Below are positions 47,070 through 56,125 of a stretch of 64,000 bases of DNA, one piece after another (the stretch's first letter is position 1; every line of letters starts with the position of its first letter). The translations under genes were made by a program, and so were the position numbers. The notes beneath the pieces were generated by a model, which was not told where the DNA came from, ran no database searches, and worked only from the letters and a program-made list of their open reading frames with translations. Origin of the DNA: Mantamonas sphyraenae STR306 (taxonomy: Eukaryota > Protista > CRuMs). Location: positions 280,481-344,480 of the forward strand of contig JAPMXV010000015.1 in assembly GCA_026936335.1 (NCBI GenBank). Reading direction: 5' to 3'.

Positions 47070-48298
47070 ACCAGCGACGTGATCAGTGGACCATGTGGCG
47101 AGCATGGGGGGAGCAGAAGGATCGGGCCGGGAACGAGGGAGGTCACACCGGGTGGATGAGTGAGTTTTCTTCCACGGCGTTTGAGCAGCCAAAGAAGGAA
47201 AAACGCGCGATCCGTGTTTGGAGAGCTCGCGATCTTTCTGACCGCGGGTCAGCATGGGTGCCCGTCTACATCATCGTCGATTCCAGTGGGTGACCATGCA
47301 ATCCCTTGCTGTCCCCAGGCGTGGTGTGGAGGCTTGTGTTTGTCGGTGGAAGGTTTTTGGCACAAGGACGAAGTGGCTGACAATTTCTTTCTCAAGACGG
47401 CCACTTGCGATCTGGGAGGCCGTGTTGTGGGTTTCCAGGGGCAGTACACACGGAACCGAACGCGTTTGATGCCGTGGGCAGACCGGGCAATCCGCAGAAT
47501 GACGCTGTGATGAAGTATGCAGGGGAAAAGAACTGATGCGAATTTTTCCTTCCACGCGCTTGACGCCAACAAAATTCCACTTTGCCCCACCCTGTGTACG
47601 TTGCCCGTTCGACAGTGAACACGTGTGCACAATGCCAAATTGTTCCATGTCCACCCCCTCAGATGCATGCGATGTTCCATAAATGTGTCTGTTGGCCCGC
47701 GGCTGCCAGATTCTCGCCCGTGTGAGCTTGCGCTCCCGCCGCGGAATCTTCACCCTTGTCTGCGCCTCTCGCATGTCAAGGGAACGACCCCACCTCGCCC
47801 TACCTCGTTCAACGCACATCCACCTTGTCGTTCTACGTGTGTGTATGCGCTCTGGTTGATGGACGCCTCCAGTGTTGACGAAAGCGGGATTCGACCAGAT
47901 TGCACAATTTGTGAAACTATTTCGCCCCAGGCCCCTCTGGGCGGGCCCCAGACCCGCGTCGACGCTGGACAAGTCTCCGGTTGTGTTGCCATGTGCATGA
48001 TTGCTTTGCCAGCACGAGCCCACAGGCATGGATGCGGAACTCTGAGTGTGTATGGAACACGTTTGCCGTTGTGTGCAGAAAAACCCTGCCCAAACATGGC
48101 GGTCGTTGCGGAACGAGGAAACGTCGCGAGCGGAAACTCGGCGCAAATTCTGCCACGCACAGGTTCCATTTCGGCCCGCACAAGGTGCATGCACTCCGCA
48201 TGCACATGCATGCATCATGGCATCTGTCGCTCACCATGTACTGTGCTGCCACACAATCCTGCGCGCATCTTGGCATCTTCGCATCGTCACAGATCAAA

Positions 48299-51200
48299 AT
48301 GAAACGGCGCAACTCTGTGTCAAGCACAAGGACCGATCAGGAAACGACGGTCACGCGTGCAAACACAGGCGCCAATGTCGACGTGGCCCTGGGCACGGTT
48401 GGAGGCTCCCTCATCACGCGTGTGGGCTCCTTCCTTGCGGCCGCCAAGCTCACGATTTTCCAAGTGGTCTTTCTCCTCATGAAAGAGGACCAACTCAGCT
48501 CCCAGGTGCTTCTGTACCTCTCTTCCGTGGTCGAACACCTGCAGTTCTTTCTGTTTTTCCTGTCGCCGCTGGTCATCCCGCCAACGATGCAGCGCACAGT
48601 CACCTATGGCCTGGTGTACCAGATCACACTGGCCTTTAACGTCAACTCGGTGGTCAACACGGCCGCCAACCAGTGGTTTGTGTTCTGGGTGGCCAGCCTC
48701 AGCGTGCTGCTCACCGCGGGTCTGTTGATCTACCTGGTCATCGCCGTTCACCGGGAATCCTACATCTTCCTGTGGCCGCTCAAGGTGCTGCGTCTGCTGG
48801 TCAGCCTGCTTTCCAGTGTGCTTTACCTTCCGTTTGTGCGCACGCTGCTGCAGGCCCTCGTGGCATCCGACGCATCGCCAGGCACGACGTTTGTGGCCCT
48901 GCTCTGCGTCGCCACGCTCTTTGCTGTGGCCATCACCAGCAAGTTGGTGTACTTTGACACGTCCATCACGAGTGACGTGGCCACTGCGCGCAGCCACGGG
49001 CGTGTCGAGGCAGCCTGGGTGCTCACCCGATCCGTGCTGGTGGCGCTTTTCGCGTTCGCCGCCTTTCTGCCATTGGACGTCGGCTCGCTGCGCATCACCC
49101 TTTGCCTCGGCCTTCTTGTATTGTCGGTCACCATGCTGGGTCTGCGTGCCTTTTACGTGCCGTTCTACTGGCTTTCGACAAACAAGCTTGCGGTCGGCCT
49201 CGTCTCGATGCTCGTGTGGAACAGTGCCGTCTGCATCGGCGCACAGTGGGCGCCCACCATGTCCTTTGGCATGCTGGCATTGCTCATGCTCGTCGGTTCT
49301 CTGGCCACAGGCCTGCTTGCAGGCATTGGCATGCACAAGTGGTTCTCCTGGTACTTTATGGACGCCTTGCGCACACCTGTGCCCCAGATGATGTGGCTGG
49401 ACGGCCCCTTGGCCATGGTTGTGCAGCATACGCACAAGCAAAAGCCACAGAAACGCCTGGCCGACTACGCCAACTCGTTTGCCCATCCGCAAGACGATGC
49501 CACGGATGCAGATCTGCCCGAGGATTCGGCCAGTGCGCTGGGGCTCTCGCAACTGGAGTTGAACGAAACAGGCCACCACCGCCAACAACAGACACAGCAC
49601 GACAAGAATGGACCCGCTGCAGAGACGCTCAGCTCGCAGGCGTTTGCCAAGCTCGACATTCAGGCAGGCCGCCCTGGCTCACACTGCATCTACATCAACG
49701 GCTGTCCGCTGAAACTGCGTTCGGTGTTCCATGTCGAAGTGTTTGCACGCATTCTCATGCACGACTCGTCGTGGCATGTGACCCACAACGTGTCCTCGTT
49801 CTACGCCGCCGCGCTCAAGCTCTACCCACGCAACGCTCTGGTCCTCCTCGCGTATGCTCGCTTTCTGGACTCGCAACACAACCCAAAGGCGCAGCAGGAG
49901 GCCATGGGTGTGTACGAGAAGCTGGAAAAGGTGGCCAGCGGCACGTTTGACGTGGGCTTCTTCTGCTTTGCGGCGCTGCGCATCCGCAAGCGCGTGTCCA
50001 TTGCCATGGCACTGCAATCGAACGAAGACGACGCACGCGACATCGGTGTCGTGGCCCATCTGGAGCTGCAGCAGAACCTGAGCCGAGCACGCACGTTTCA
50101 CTTTCGCACGCTTCGCCAGCTGCATGCCTTTTGGCAGATGCTGCTGCTGGACGAGGTCAACCTGGCCGATCTGCAGGCATGCATGCACCGCATTGTGTCT
50201 GCACAGCGCTCGACCACGCAGTCGTTTGCCTCGCTGCTGCAGCAGTATCCAAAGGCGCCGCGAATTCTGCGCGCATACGCACGCTTCTTGAGCGAGATCC
50301 GTTCGGATGTGGCCACAGCGCAGCGCTTCGTGCGCATGGCTGAAGAGTGTGAACAGGCGCAGCAAGCTCAAATGCGCACGAACCAGGGGATCAAGGGCGA
50401 AGGATACTCGGAAACGCGCAGGCGGACGGCCGTCTCACTTGCCTCGACTCTCTCGGGCGCCATCCGCGCAGGACGCAATGTGGGACTGCTGGGACTCAGC
50501 GAAGACGAGATCATTGGCATGCACATGCGCGACATTGTGCCAAACTGTGCGCTGCTGGAAAGCTCGACAGGAATGGCCGCCATCTGCGCCATGGGCCCAC
50601 AGCGCGTCATGGTCATGGACGACCGTGGGCGTGCCATGCTTCTTGATCTTTCTGCTCATCAGCTGCACGTGTCGTCCATGTTTGCCGAAATGAGCGCTGC
50701 CGCCATTCAGGAGCAACTCTACACCGTGCGGCTGGCCATCAGCGAAATCTGGCGCGAGCCGCTGCTGTTTGTCACGCGTCCCAAGGACAGCTTTGCCGAC
50801 GTGGACCATGACCATGACGACGACGACGCGGCATCCGAGGTGCCGGGAGCCGAGGCGACGAGCACGCACAACAATGCGGACGCTACCATTGTCGGTGTCA
50901 GCAAAACGCTTAGCTCCATGCTGCGTCTGAAGCCTGCTCATCTCATGGATTCACCTGTGGGTGAGTACGTCAGCGATATCTCGGGCGCGGCCGAGACGTT
51001 CGCGGCTGTGATCGCCTCGCGCACTCGCCAGGGCTCTGTGGAGGTTCCGGTGCGTGTCAAGTCTCGCACGGGTTTCTTTACCGCACGTGCACAGTTTGAG
51101 TCGCTGGACATGCAGGAGTTGACACTGGTGCGCTTCAGCAAGATGGAAATAGTGCACGCCAGCACACCGGCGAGCCGAACCGTGTCTCCGTCGGTCACAC

Positions 51201-54200
51201 CGCAACGCCGCAGCAGCGCGACCCTGGGTTTGGCAAGCAAGCGCACCTCACTCACCTTCAATACCACCGTTAATGTGGTGGAGGAGGAGACTGTCGAACG
51301 CAAGCGGACCTCATCGGTGGCAGTGAGCGAGGCCAGCTCGGCGCGCTCCACCCCTGGTGGCATGGGCACCACCGAACAGAGTGTGGCATCTGATGCAGAC
51401 GGGTACCTACATACACCAATGACCGCAATGTCATCCCGCACCAATTCTGTGTCGGGTTCGCTTCGAAGCAGCCCCGAGCACATGTCTGCACCCACGCTGC
51501 AGGAGGAGGACACGCGCCGTGGAGACTCGGATGACTCGGACCAGGACAACGGTGCGGAAAGTGAGTCCAAGGGCCATTCGAGTGCATCCCACACCACGGG
51601 CGACTCGTCGCGCGCCTCGAGCGTTAAGCGCCGAATCAAGGCCATGCGACACAGCATGAACGACCAATCGTCAGAGAAGAACACGTCCGGTTCGGTGCAA
51701 GAGCTGCGTCGTGTCGTGTACCTTGTTCTGGTGCTGCTGTTTGCCAGCGTGATCAGCAACTACGTGTCGCAGGTGTCGTTTCTGGAGGAAAGCCAGGTCA
51801 AGGTGCAGCACCAGATCGAGCTCGGCGAACTGCCTGTCCTTGTGGCCGAGGCTGGCTACGAGGCCGAGTTTATGGACGTGCAATTGCGCGAACTGCGCAT
51901 TGCTTCGCTTGCAGCGCAATTAGCGTCGCTAAACAGCACCGCAAGCAACAACACGCAGGTGCAAAGCCTGACGGCACACCTTGACACCCTCCTCCCGCCA
52001 GGTTTGGATGCACAGTCTTTCCACACGGAGCTTGTATACCTGTTGGCGCGCGTGGATGCATCCAAGAGCCGGACGGTGCTGACGGAAATCGGCAGCAGCC
52101 TGGGCCGCATCCACGGCAAGGTGTTTTCTGACGAAGGGTCGCTCAGTGCAGCTGACCACGCACAGGTGCTGGCCATTTCTGAGCCTGTGCACCTACTGCT
52201 GGAGTCGACCAGCCAGCAGGTGACGCAGACAATGTCTGTGCGCGACATCGGCTTTGAGTTTGTCAGCAGCATCCGATCAACCACCCAGCTGAATCTAACC
52301 ACGCTGGATCAGACGGGAGTCGATCTGCTCGAATCCATCCCAGCCAGCTATTTCGTGATGGCAAACTCATTTGTGACCGCCGTGCGAGCGATGAGTCGTG
52401 CGGCAAATGTGGTGCAGAGCAGCTTCCAGGTGGCGTCGCAAGAGGCATCCGTGATTGGCCTGACCACGTTTCTGGTGGCCATGGGCATGATTTGGTGTCT
52501 GATGTGGCTCACGTTCCGCCCTGTGGTCAACCACATCTCCATGGAGAACCATTTTACACTGGAGACTTTTCTGGACATTCCGCGACGCCATGCGGTGGGC
52601 ATGGTCAACCGCTACAAACGTCTGATGCTTGCCATGGACGAGGAAACACAGTCGCCGGGCAATGGTGGTGTTGTGGACCAGGGCGACAGCGAGACCGATT
52701 TGGGCGCCGACGACCGCTCGGTGGGCTTTTCGGAAGGAAGCTGGCGCTCGGAAGACACAGGGGAGATGAGCAGCCATGCAGACGGGCTTCATGGAGCTGG
52801 AGACAGCGAAATGGCAGGGAGCGTGTCGGACGTGGGTGAAAGCAACAGGCAGAAGAAGCGCAAGAAACGGCGCAAGGACGGACGCAGCGTGCTCGGACGA
52901 GGCGAAACAGGCATGGCCAAGATGCACGTGCGCTACATTGTTGCCTTTGTGGTGTACGCCGTGATTGCGCTTGCGTCGTTTGTGACGACGCAGACCACAA
53001 ACGAAGGCCAGCACTTTCTGCACCAGCGCATCGTGGACGTGGCCGACGTGCAGGTGACGGTGGCCCAAATCCCGCATTACCTGGCACGCTTGACAACCAG
53101 CACGTCGTGGACGGTGTACAACGAGACGCGAGCTGGGCTGATCAACGCCGAAGCGGCGTTGAGCACACAATGGCGGAGTATGATGCAAGCTGGAGACGCA
53201 CACGGGCGATCAGATGCGCAGAACAAGCTGCTGTTTTCAGAGAACCTGTGCAGCACGCTGTCGTGCAGCACGGAGGAGGAGCGCAAGATGGGCGCCGCCG
53301 GTGTGCACAATCTCATGCAGCGGTACATGCGACTTGTGCAGAGCATTCGCAACGTGCCCGAGGGCACACGGGTGACGTTTGAGACGGCAGGAGTGGTGGA
53401 GCTGGTCAAGGCGTACCGCACACTGGTGGTTCCGGCGCTGGACCGCACCATGTCGCTGCTGTCGACAGAGGTGCGCCAGCTGATGGAGACGGAACACAGC
53501 GTATCGATTTCTTTGCTGCTGGCAGGCATTGTGGTCATTGTGTTGGATTTGCTGCTGATCTTTTCGCCAATGATGTCTGTGCTCAACTCGCAGGCCCAGC
53601 ACGTGGAACACATGTTCCTGATGATCCCGCTGGAGACGCTGATGGAACTGCCGCACGTCATGCGCCTGCTGGGCTTGGACGACTCGTCCAAGTTGCTGGA
53701 CGACGATCTGAGCTCGGAAGCGATTCGAGGAGGGCGAAAACTGCGTCTGGAGGCGCAAATCAAGGCAGAGCGGCGCCAGAAGCGCAGTGGAAGTGACGAC
53801 AACTCGGTGGACGTTTGGGTGGAGGAGCAGCTGGTGTCTGGCGCCGATCTGCTGCGCGACGAGCCGCAAGAAAAGACTGCACAGGGATCGCACGACACCC
53901 TGGACCCGGAGTTCTCGCAGGACACAACAGAACCAGAAGACCTCGAGAGCCAACAGAGCGAGTACAGAGACGTTTATGTTGGGCGAACGGACGGGCGCGT
54001 TGGCGCCGTGCGTACGGGCCTTCAGATTGTCCAGGAGCTGGACGGTCTTTTGGCCGAGCATCCAAAGCGAGTGGCGGGCATGGTGCTTCTTGTGAACCTG
54101 CTGTGGTGGGTGCCGGTGATGGCCACGGAAGGAGAGCGCATCATCGGCGCGCTGCAGGGTGTGCAGGAGCTCGTGCCTGTGGTGACACTGCTGCTCACGG

Positions 54201-55372
54201 CGTCTTTGGGGTCGATGAATGTGCTTGGCGTGATGCCCATCATGTTTGTGGTGATGGTGCTTGTGCAAGGTGCGTCGCTGGAGTACATCCGCGACTTTCA
54301 CCTGTTGCTGCAGACGGTGATGCTGCCTGCGTGCTCGTTGTACGGCTACATGACGGGCGCCAATTTGGACATGCGCGTAGTGCTGCATACGATTGTGCCC
54401 GGGGCTGTGGGAGCCGTGGCTGGCCTGGTGTGGATGCCGTCGCACCTGCACTATGTGATGCTGGCGGCTGCGACACTGGGCTTTGTGTGCGGCATGATTG
54501 TGGCCAGCTGGATGATGATGAGCACGGGAAAGACAAGCACCAAGTCACGATTCGACTCGCGAACCAAGGGCGAGATTGCAGTGTTGGCACTGCTTGGTGG
54601 CGCGCTGACGAGCAGCTCCGGATCCGGGATGGGCATGCTGGTGTACTTTTACATGGTGTTGTTCCTGCAAACGAACCAGGACACAGCAATCCACACGTCG
54701 CTGAGCGCACTGGGTGTGAACAGCGTCCTGAGTCTTCTTCTGCACCTTGTGGCGGGCAAGACATTTGCCCCGCACGCCGTCGATGTGATTACGGTGATGG
54801 CGCCGTGGTTGCTGGTGCTGGGCTTTGCAGGCGTGCATGTGGTGACCATGGTCAGCCCCCTGGCGCTGCACGGTATCGTGAGCTTTTCGGCGATGGCGTT
54901 GTTTGTGACCAAGATCGTGCTGAACCTGAACCGCCAGGACCTGTTGTTTGTGGCAGTGACGCTGCTGTTGAACAGTGGCGTCTTGAGCTACCTGCTGGCG
55001 GTGGGTGGCAACATCCGTTCGAGCACGCTGCTTCTGGTGGACACCAAGGCAGGGAAGGAAGACATGGTGCGACAGCAACGGAAAACGCGCAAGCGAAGGA
55101 AGCAGGCCAAGATTGAGCGAGAGAGGAAGAAGCGGGAGGCGAGGAACGGGGTGATGGGCGCCGTGCGCAAGGGAGGCTGGGGATTGGAGAAGCTGGGCGT
55201 GGGACAGAGTACGTCGACGCCGTCGTCGCCTTCTCCGCCGCAGGATGATCGTGCAGAGATGGCACGGATTTTCAAGGGGATTGAGGAGGAAGAGGAGTCG
55301 GAGGGGGAGCGTGTGGAGGAAGTTGGCGTGAGCGACGGGTCTGCCGGGGAAGGAGTTGGCCGGGGAGAGTGA
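48299..55372 (+). CDS. TmcB/TmcC-like (tiny macrocysts) multi-TM PAS-domain protein with an extra C-terminal TauE/SafE-like membrane domain
   Basis: Intact ORF of about 2360 aa from ATG 48299. It has an N-terminal multi-TM block (ARSHGRVE), TPR-like helices (YP....LRAYARFL), two degenerate PAS-like segments (LLGLSEDEIIGMHMRDIVP), a Ser-rich linker and two TM-flanked helical ectodomains ending MFLMIP. About 9 further TM segments follow. Confidence 0.8.
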   Translation: MKRRNSVSSTRTDQETTVTRANTGANVDVALGTVGGSLITRVGSFLAAAKLTIFQVVFLLMKEDQLSSQVLLYLSSVVEHLQFFLFFLSPLVIPPTMQRTVTYGLVYQITLAFNVNSVVNTAANQWFVFWVASLSVLLTAGLLIYLVIAVHRESYIFLWPLKVLRLLVSLLSSVLYLPFVRTLLQALVASDASPGTTFVALLCVATLFAVAITSKLVYFDTSITSDVATARSHGRVEAAWVLTRSVLVALFAFAAFLPLDVGSLRITLCLGLLVLSVTMLGLRAFYVPFYWLSTNKLAVGLVSMLVWNSAVCIGAQWAPTMSFGMLALLMLVGSLATGLLAGIGMHKWFSWYFMDALRTPVPQMMWLDGPLAMVVQHTHKQKPQKRLADYANSFAHPQDDATDADLPEDSASALGLSQLELNETGHHRQQQTQHDKNGPAAETLSSQAFAKLDIQAGRPGSHCIYINGCPLKLRSVFHVEVFARILMHDSSWHVTHNVSSFYAAALKLYPRNALVLLAYARFLDSQHNPKAQQEAMGVYEKLEKVASGTFDVGFFCFAALRIRKRVSIAMALQSNEDDARDIGVVAHLELQQNLSRARTFHFRTLRQLHAFWQMLLLDEVNLADLQACMHRIVSAQRSTTQSFASLLQQYPKAPRILRAYARFLSEIRSDVATAQRFVRMAEECEQAQQAQMRTNQGIKGEGYSETRRRTAVSLASTLSGAIRAGRNVGLLGLSEDEIIGMHMRDIVPNCALLESSTGMAAICAMGPQRVMVMDDRGRAMLLDLSAHQLHVSSMFAEMSAAAIQEQLYTVRLAISEIWREPLLFVTRPKDSFADVDHDHDDDDAASEVPGAEATSTHNNADATIVGVSKTLSSMLRLKPAHLMDSPVGEYVSDISGAAETFAAVIASRTRQGSVEVPVRVKSRTGFFTARAQFESLDMQELTLVRFSKMEIVHASTPASRTVSPSVTPQRRSSATLGLASKRTSLTFNTTVNVVEEETVERKRTSSVAVSEASSARSTPGGMGTTEQSVASDADGYLHTPMTAMSSRTNSVSGSLRSSPEHMSAPTLQEEDTRRGDSDDSDQDNGAESESKGHSSASHTTGDSSRASSVKRRIKAMRHSMNDQSSEKNTSGSVQELRRVVYLVLVLLFASVISNYVSQVSFLEESQVKVQHQIELGELPVLVAEAGYEAEFMDVQLRELRIASLAAQLASLNSTASNNTQVQSLTAHLDTLLPPGLDAQSFHTELVYLLARVDASKSRTVLTEIGSSLGRIHGKVFSDEGSLSAADHAQVLAISEPVHLLLESTSQQVTQTMSVRDIGFEFVSSIRSTTQLNLTTLDQTGVDLLESIPASYFVMANSFVTAVRAMSRAANVVQSSFQVASQEASVIGLTTFLVAMGMIWCLMWLTFRPVVNHISMENHFTLETFLDIPRRHAVGMVNRYKRLMLAMDEETQSPGNGGVVDQGDSETDLGADDRSVGFSEGSWRSEDTGEMSSHADGLHGAGDSEMAGSVSDVGESNRQKKRKKRRKDGRSVLGRGETGMAKMHVRYIVAFVVYAVIALASFVTTQTTNEGQHFLHQRIVDVADVQVTVAQIPHYLARLTTSTSWTVYNETRAGLINAEAALSTQWRSMMQAGDAHGRSDAQNKLLFSENLCSTLSCSTEEERKMGAAGVHNLMQRYMRLVQSIRNVPEGTRVTFETAGVVELVKAYRTLVVPALDRTMSLLSTEVRQLMETEHSVSISLLLAGIVVIVLDLLLIFSPMMSVLNSQAQHVEHMFLMIPLETLMELPHVMRLLGLDDSSKLLDDDLSSEAIRGGRKLRLEAQIKAERRQKRSGSDDNSVDVWVEEQLVSGADLLRDEPQEKTAQGSHDTLDPEFSQDTTEPEDLESQQSEYRDVYVGRTDGRVGAVRTGLQIVQELDGLLAEHPKRVAGMVLLVNLLWWVPVMATEGERIIGALQGVQELVPVVTLLLTASLGSMNVLGVMPIMFVVMVLVQGASLEYIRDFHLLLQTVMLPACSLYGYMTGANLDMRVVLHTIVPGAVGAVAGLVWMPSHLHYVMLAAATLGFVCGMIVASWMMMSTGKTSTKSRFDSRTKGEIAVLALLGGALTSSSGSGMGMLVYFYMVLFLQTNQDTAIHTSLSALGVNSVLSLLLHLVAGKTFAPHAVDVITVMAPWLLVLGFAGVHVVTMVSPLALHGIVSFSAMALFVTKIVLNLNRQDLLFVAVTLLLNSGVLSYLLAVGGNIRSSTLLLVDTKAGKEDMVRQQRKTRKRRKQAKIERERKKREARNGVMGAVRKGGWGLEKLGVGQSTSTPSSPSPPQDDRAEMARIFKGIEEEEESEGERVEEVGVSDGSAGEGVGRGE

Positions 55373-55409
55373 AAATGAATCGACCCGTGCCCGCCACGAT
55401 GCATCCCCG

Positions 55410-55841
55410 TCAAAGCACCCACCATGAATTCGAGATTCTCTCCATGGATGGGCCAGGACACACGTCTGTGGCCCGCTGGTCCTCATCTCTTCTCTTCTTG
55501 CTTCTCTTGCCCGCCTTGTCTGCTGCCTTGCGTTGCACCTTCCTTGGTCGCTGTACCCTTTGTCGCTTGGTAGCATGCTGTTGTGGTTGTGACCCACCCG
55601 AATCCTCTTCTTCCCCAACTTCCTCATCTCTTCTCTTCTTGCTTCTCTTGCCCGCCTTGTCTGCTGCCTTGCGTTGCACCTTCCTTGGTCGCTGTACCCT
55701 TTGTCGCTTGGTAGCATGCTGTTGTGGTTGTGACCCACCCGAATCCTCTTCTTCCCCCACTTCCTCATCTCTTCTCTTCTTGCTTCTCTTGCCCGCCTTG
55801 TCTGCTGCCTTGCGTTGCACCTTGATTGTTGGCTTCTCCAT
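55410..55841 (-). CDS. Possible small basic repeat protein (MEKPTIKVQRKAADKAGKRSKKRRDEE...), or a gene relic
   Basis: An ATG at 55841 opens 143 codons built from a 47-aa Lys/Arg/Glu-rich unit with NLS-like clusters. No recognisable family. Confidence 0.4.
   Translation of the reverse strand: MEKPTIKVQRKAADKAGKRSKKRRDEEVGEEEDSGGSQPQQHATKRQRVQRPRKVQRKAADKAGKRSKKRRDEEVGEEEDSGGSQPQQHATKRQRVQRPRKVQRKAADKAGKRSKKRRDEDQRATDVCPGPSMERISNSWWVL
55481..55820. repeat. 141-bp tandem repeat, about 2.4 copies
   Basis: cctcatctcttctcttcttg recurs at 55481, 55622 and 55763. Confidence 0.95.
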
Positions 55842-56125
55842 CCAGACGCCTGTGACAAAGAAGGATGGAGGCGTACGTGGAGGAGAGAGGGTGGGGAGGG
55901 TGGGTGACGCTGCCGGATGAGGTGATGGAGAGGGTGATTGGGTGGGTAGGGAGGGGAGCTGCTCCGGCGAGGGTCGCTGTCGGGAGGTCAGGGGAGACGA
56001 GAAAGCGAGAGCGAGTCGAGGAGGAGAAGAGGCAACGTGTGGAGGAGGGGTGAACAGTGGAGTGTGATCAGCAAGGAGGAATGGAAGTCCTTTTGAAGGT
56101 ATAGGGGTCGAGTGGGGGAAAGGGT

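Noticed and set aside
47870-47950. tRNA suggested by gggattcgacc (T-loop like on the minus strand)
   Set aside because: No complementary T stem, acceptor stem or D arm could be built.
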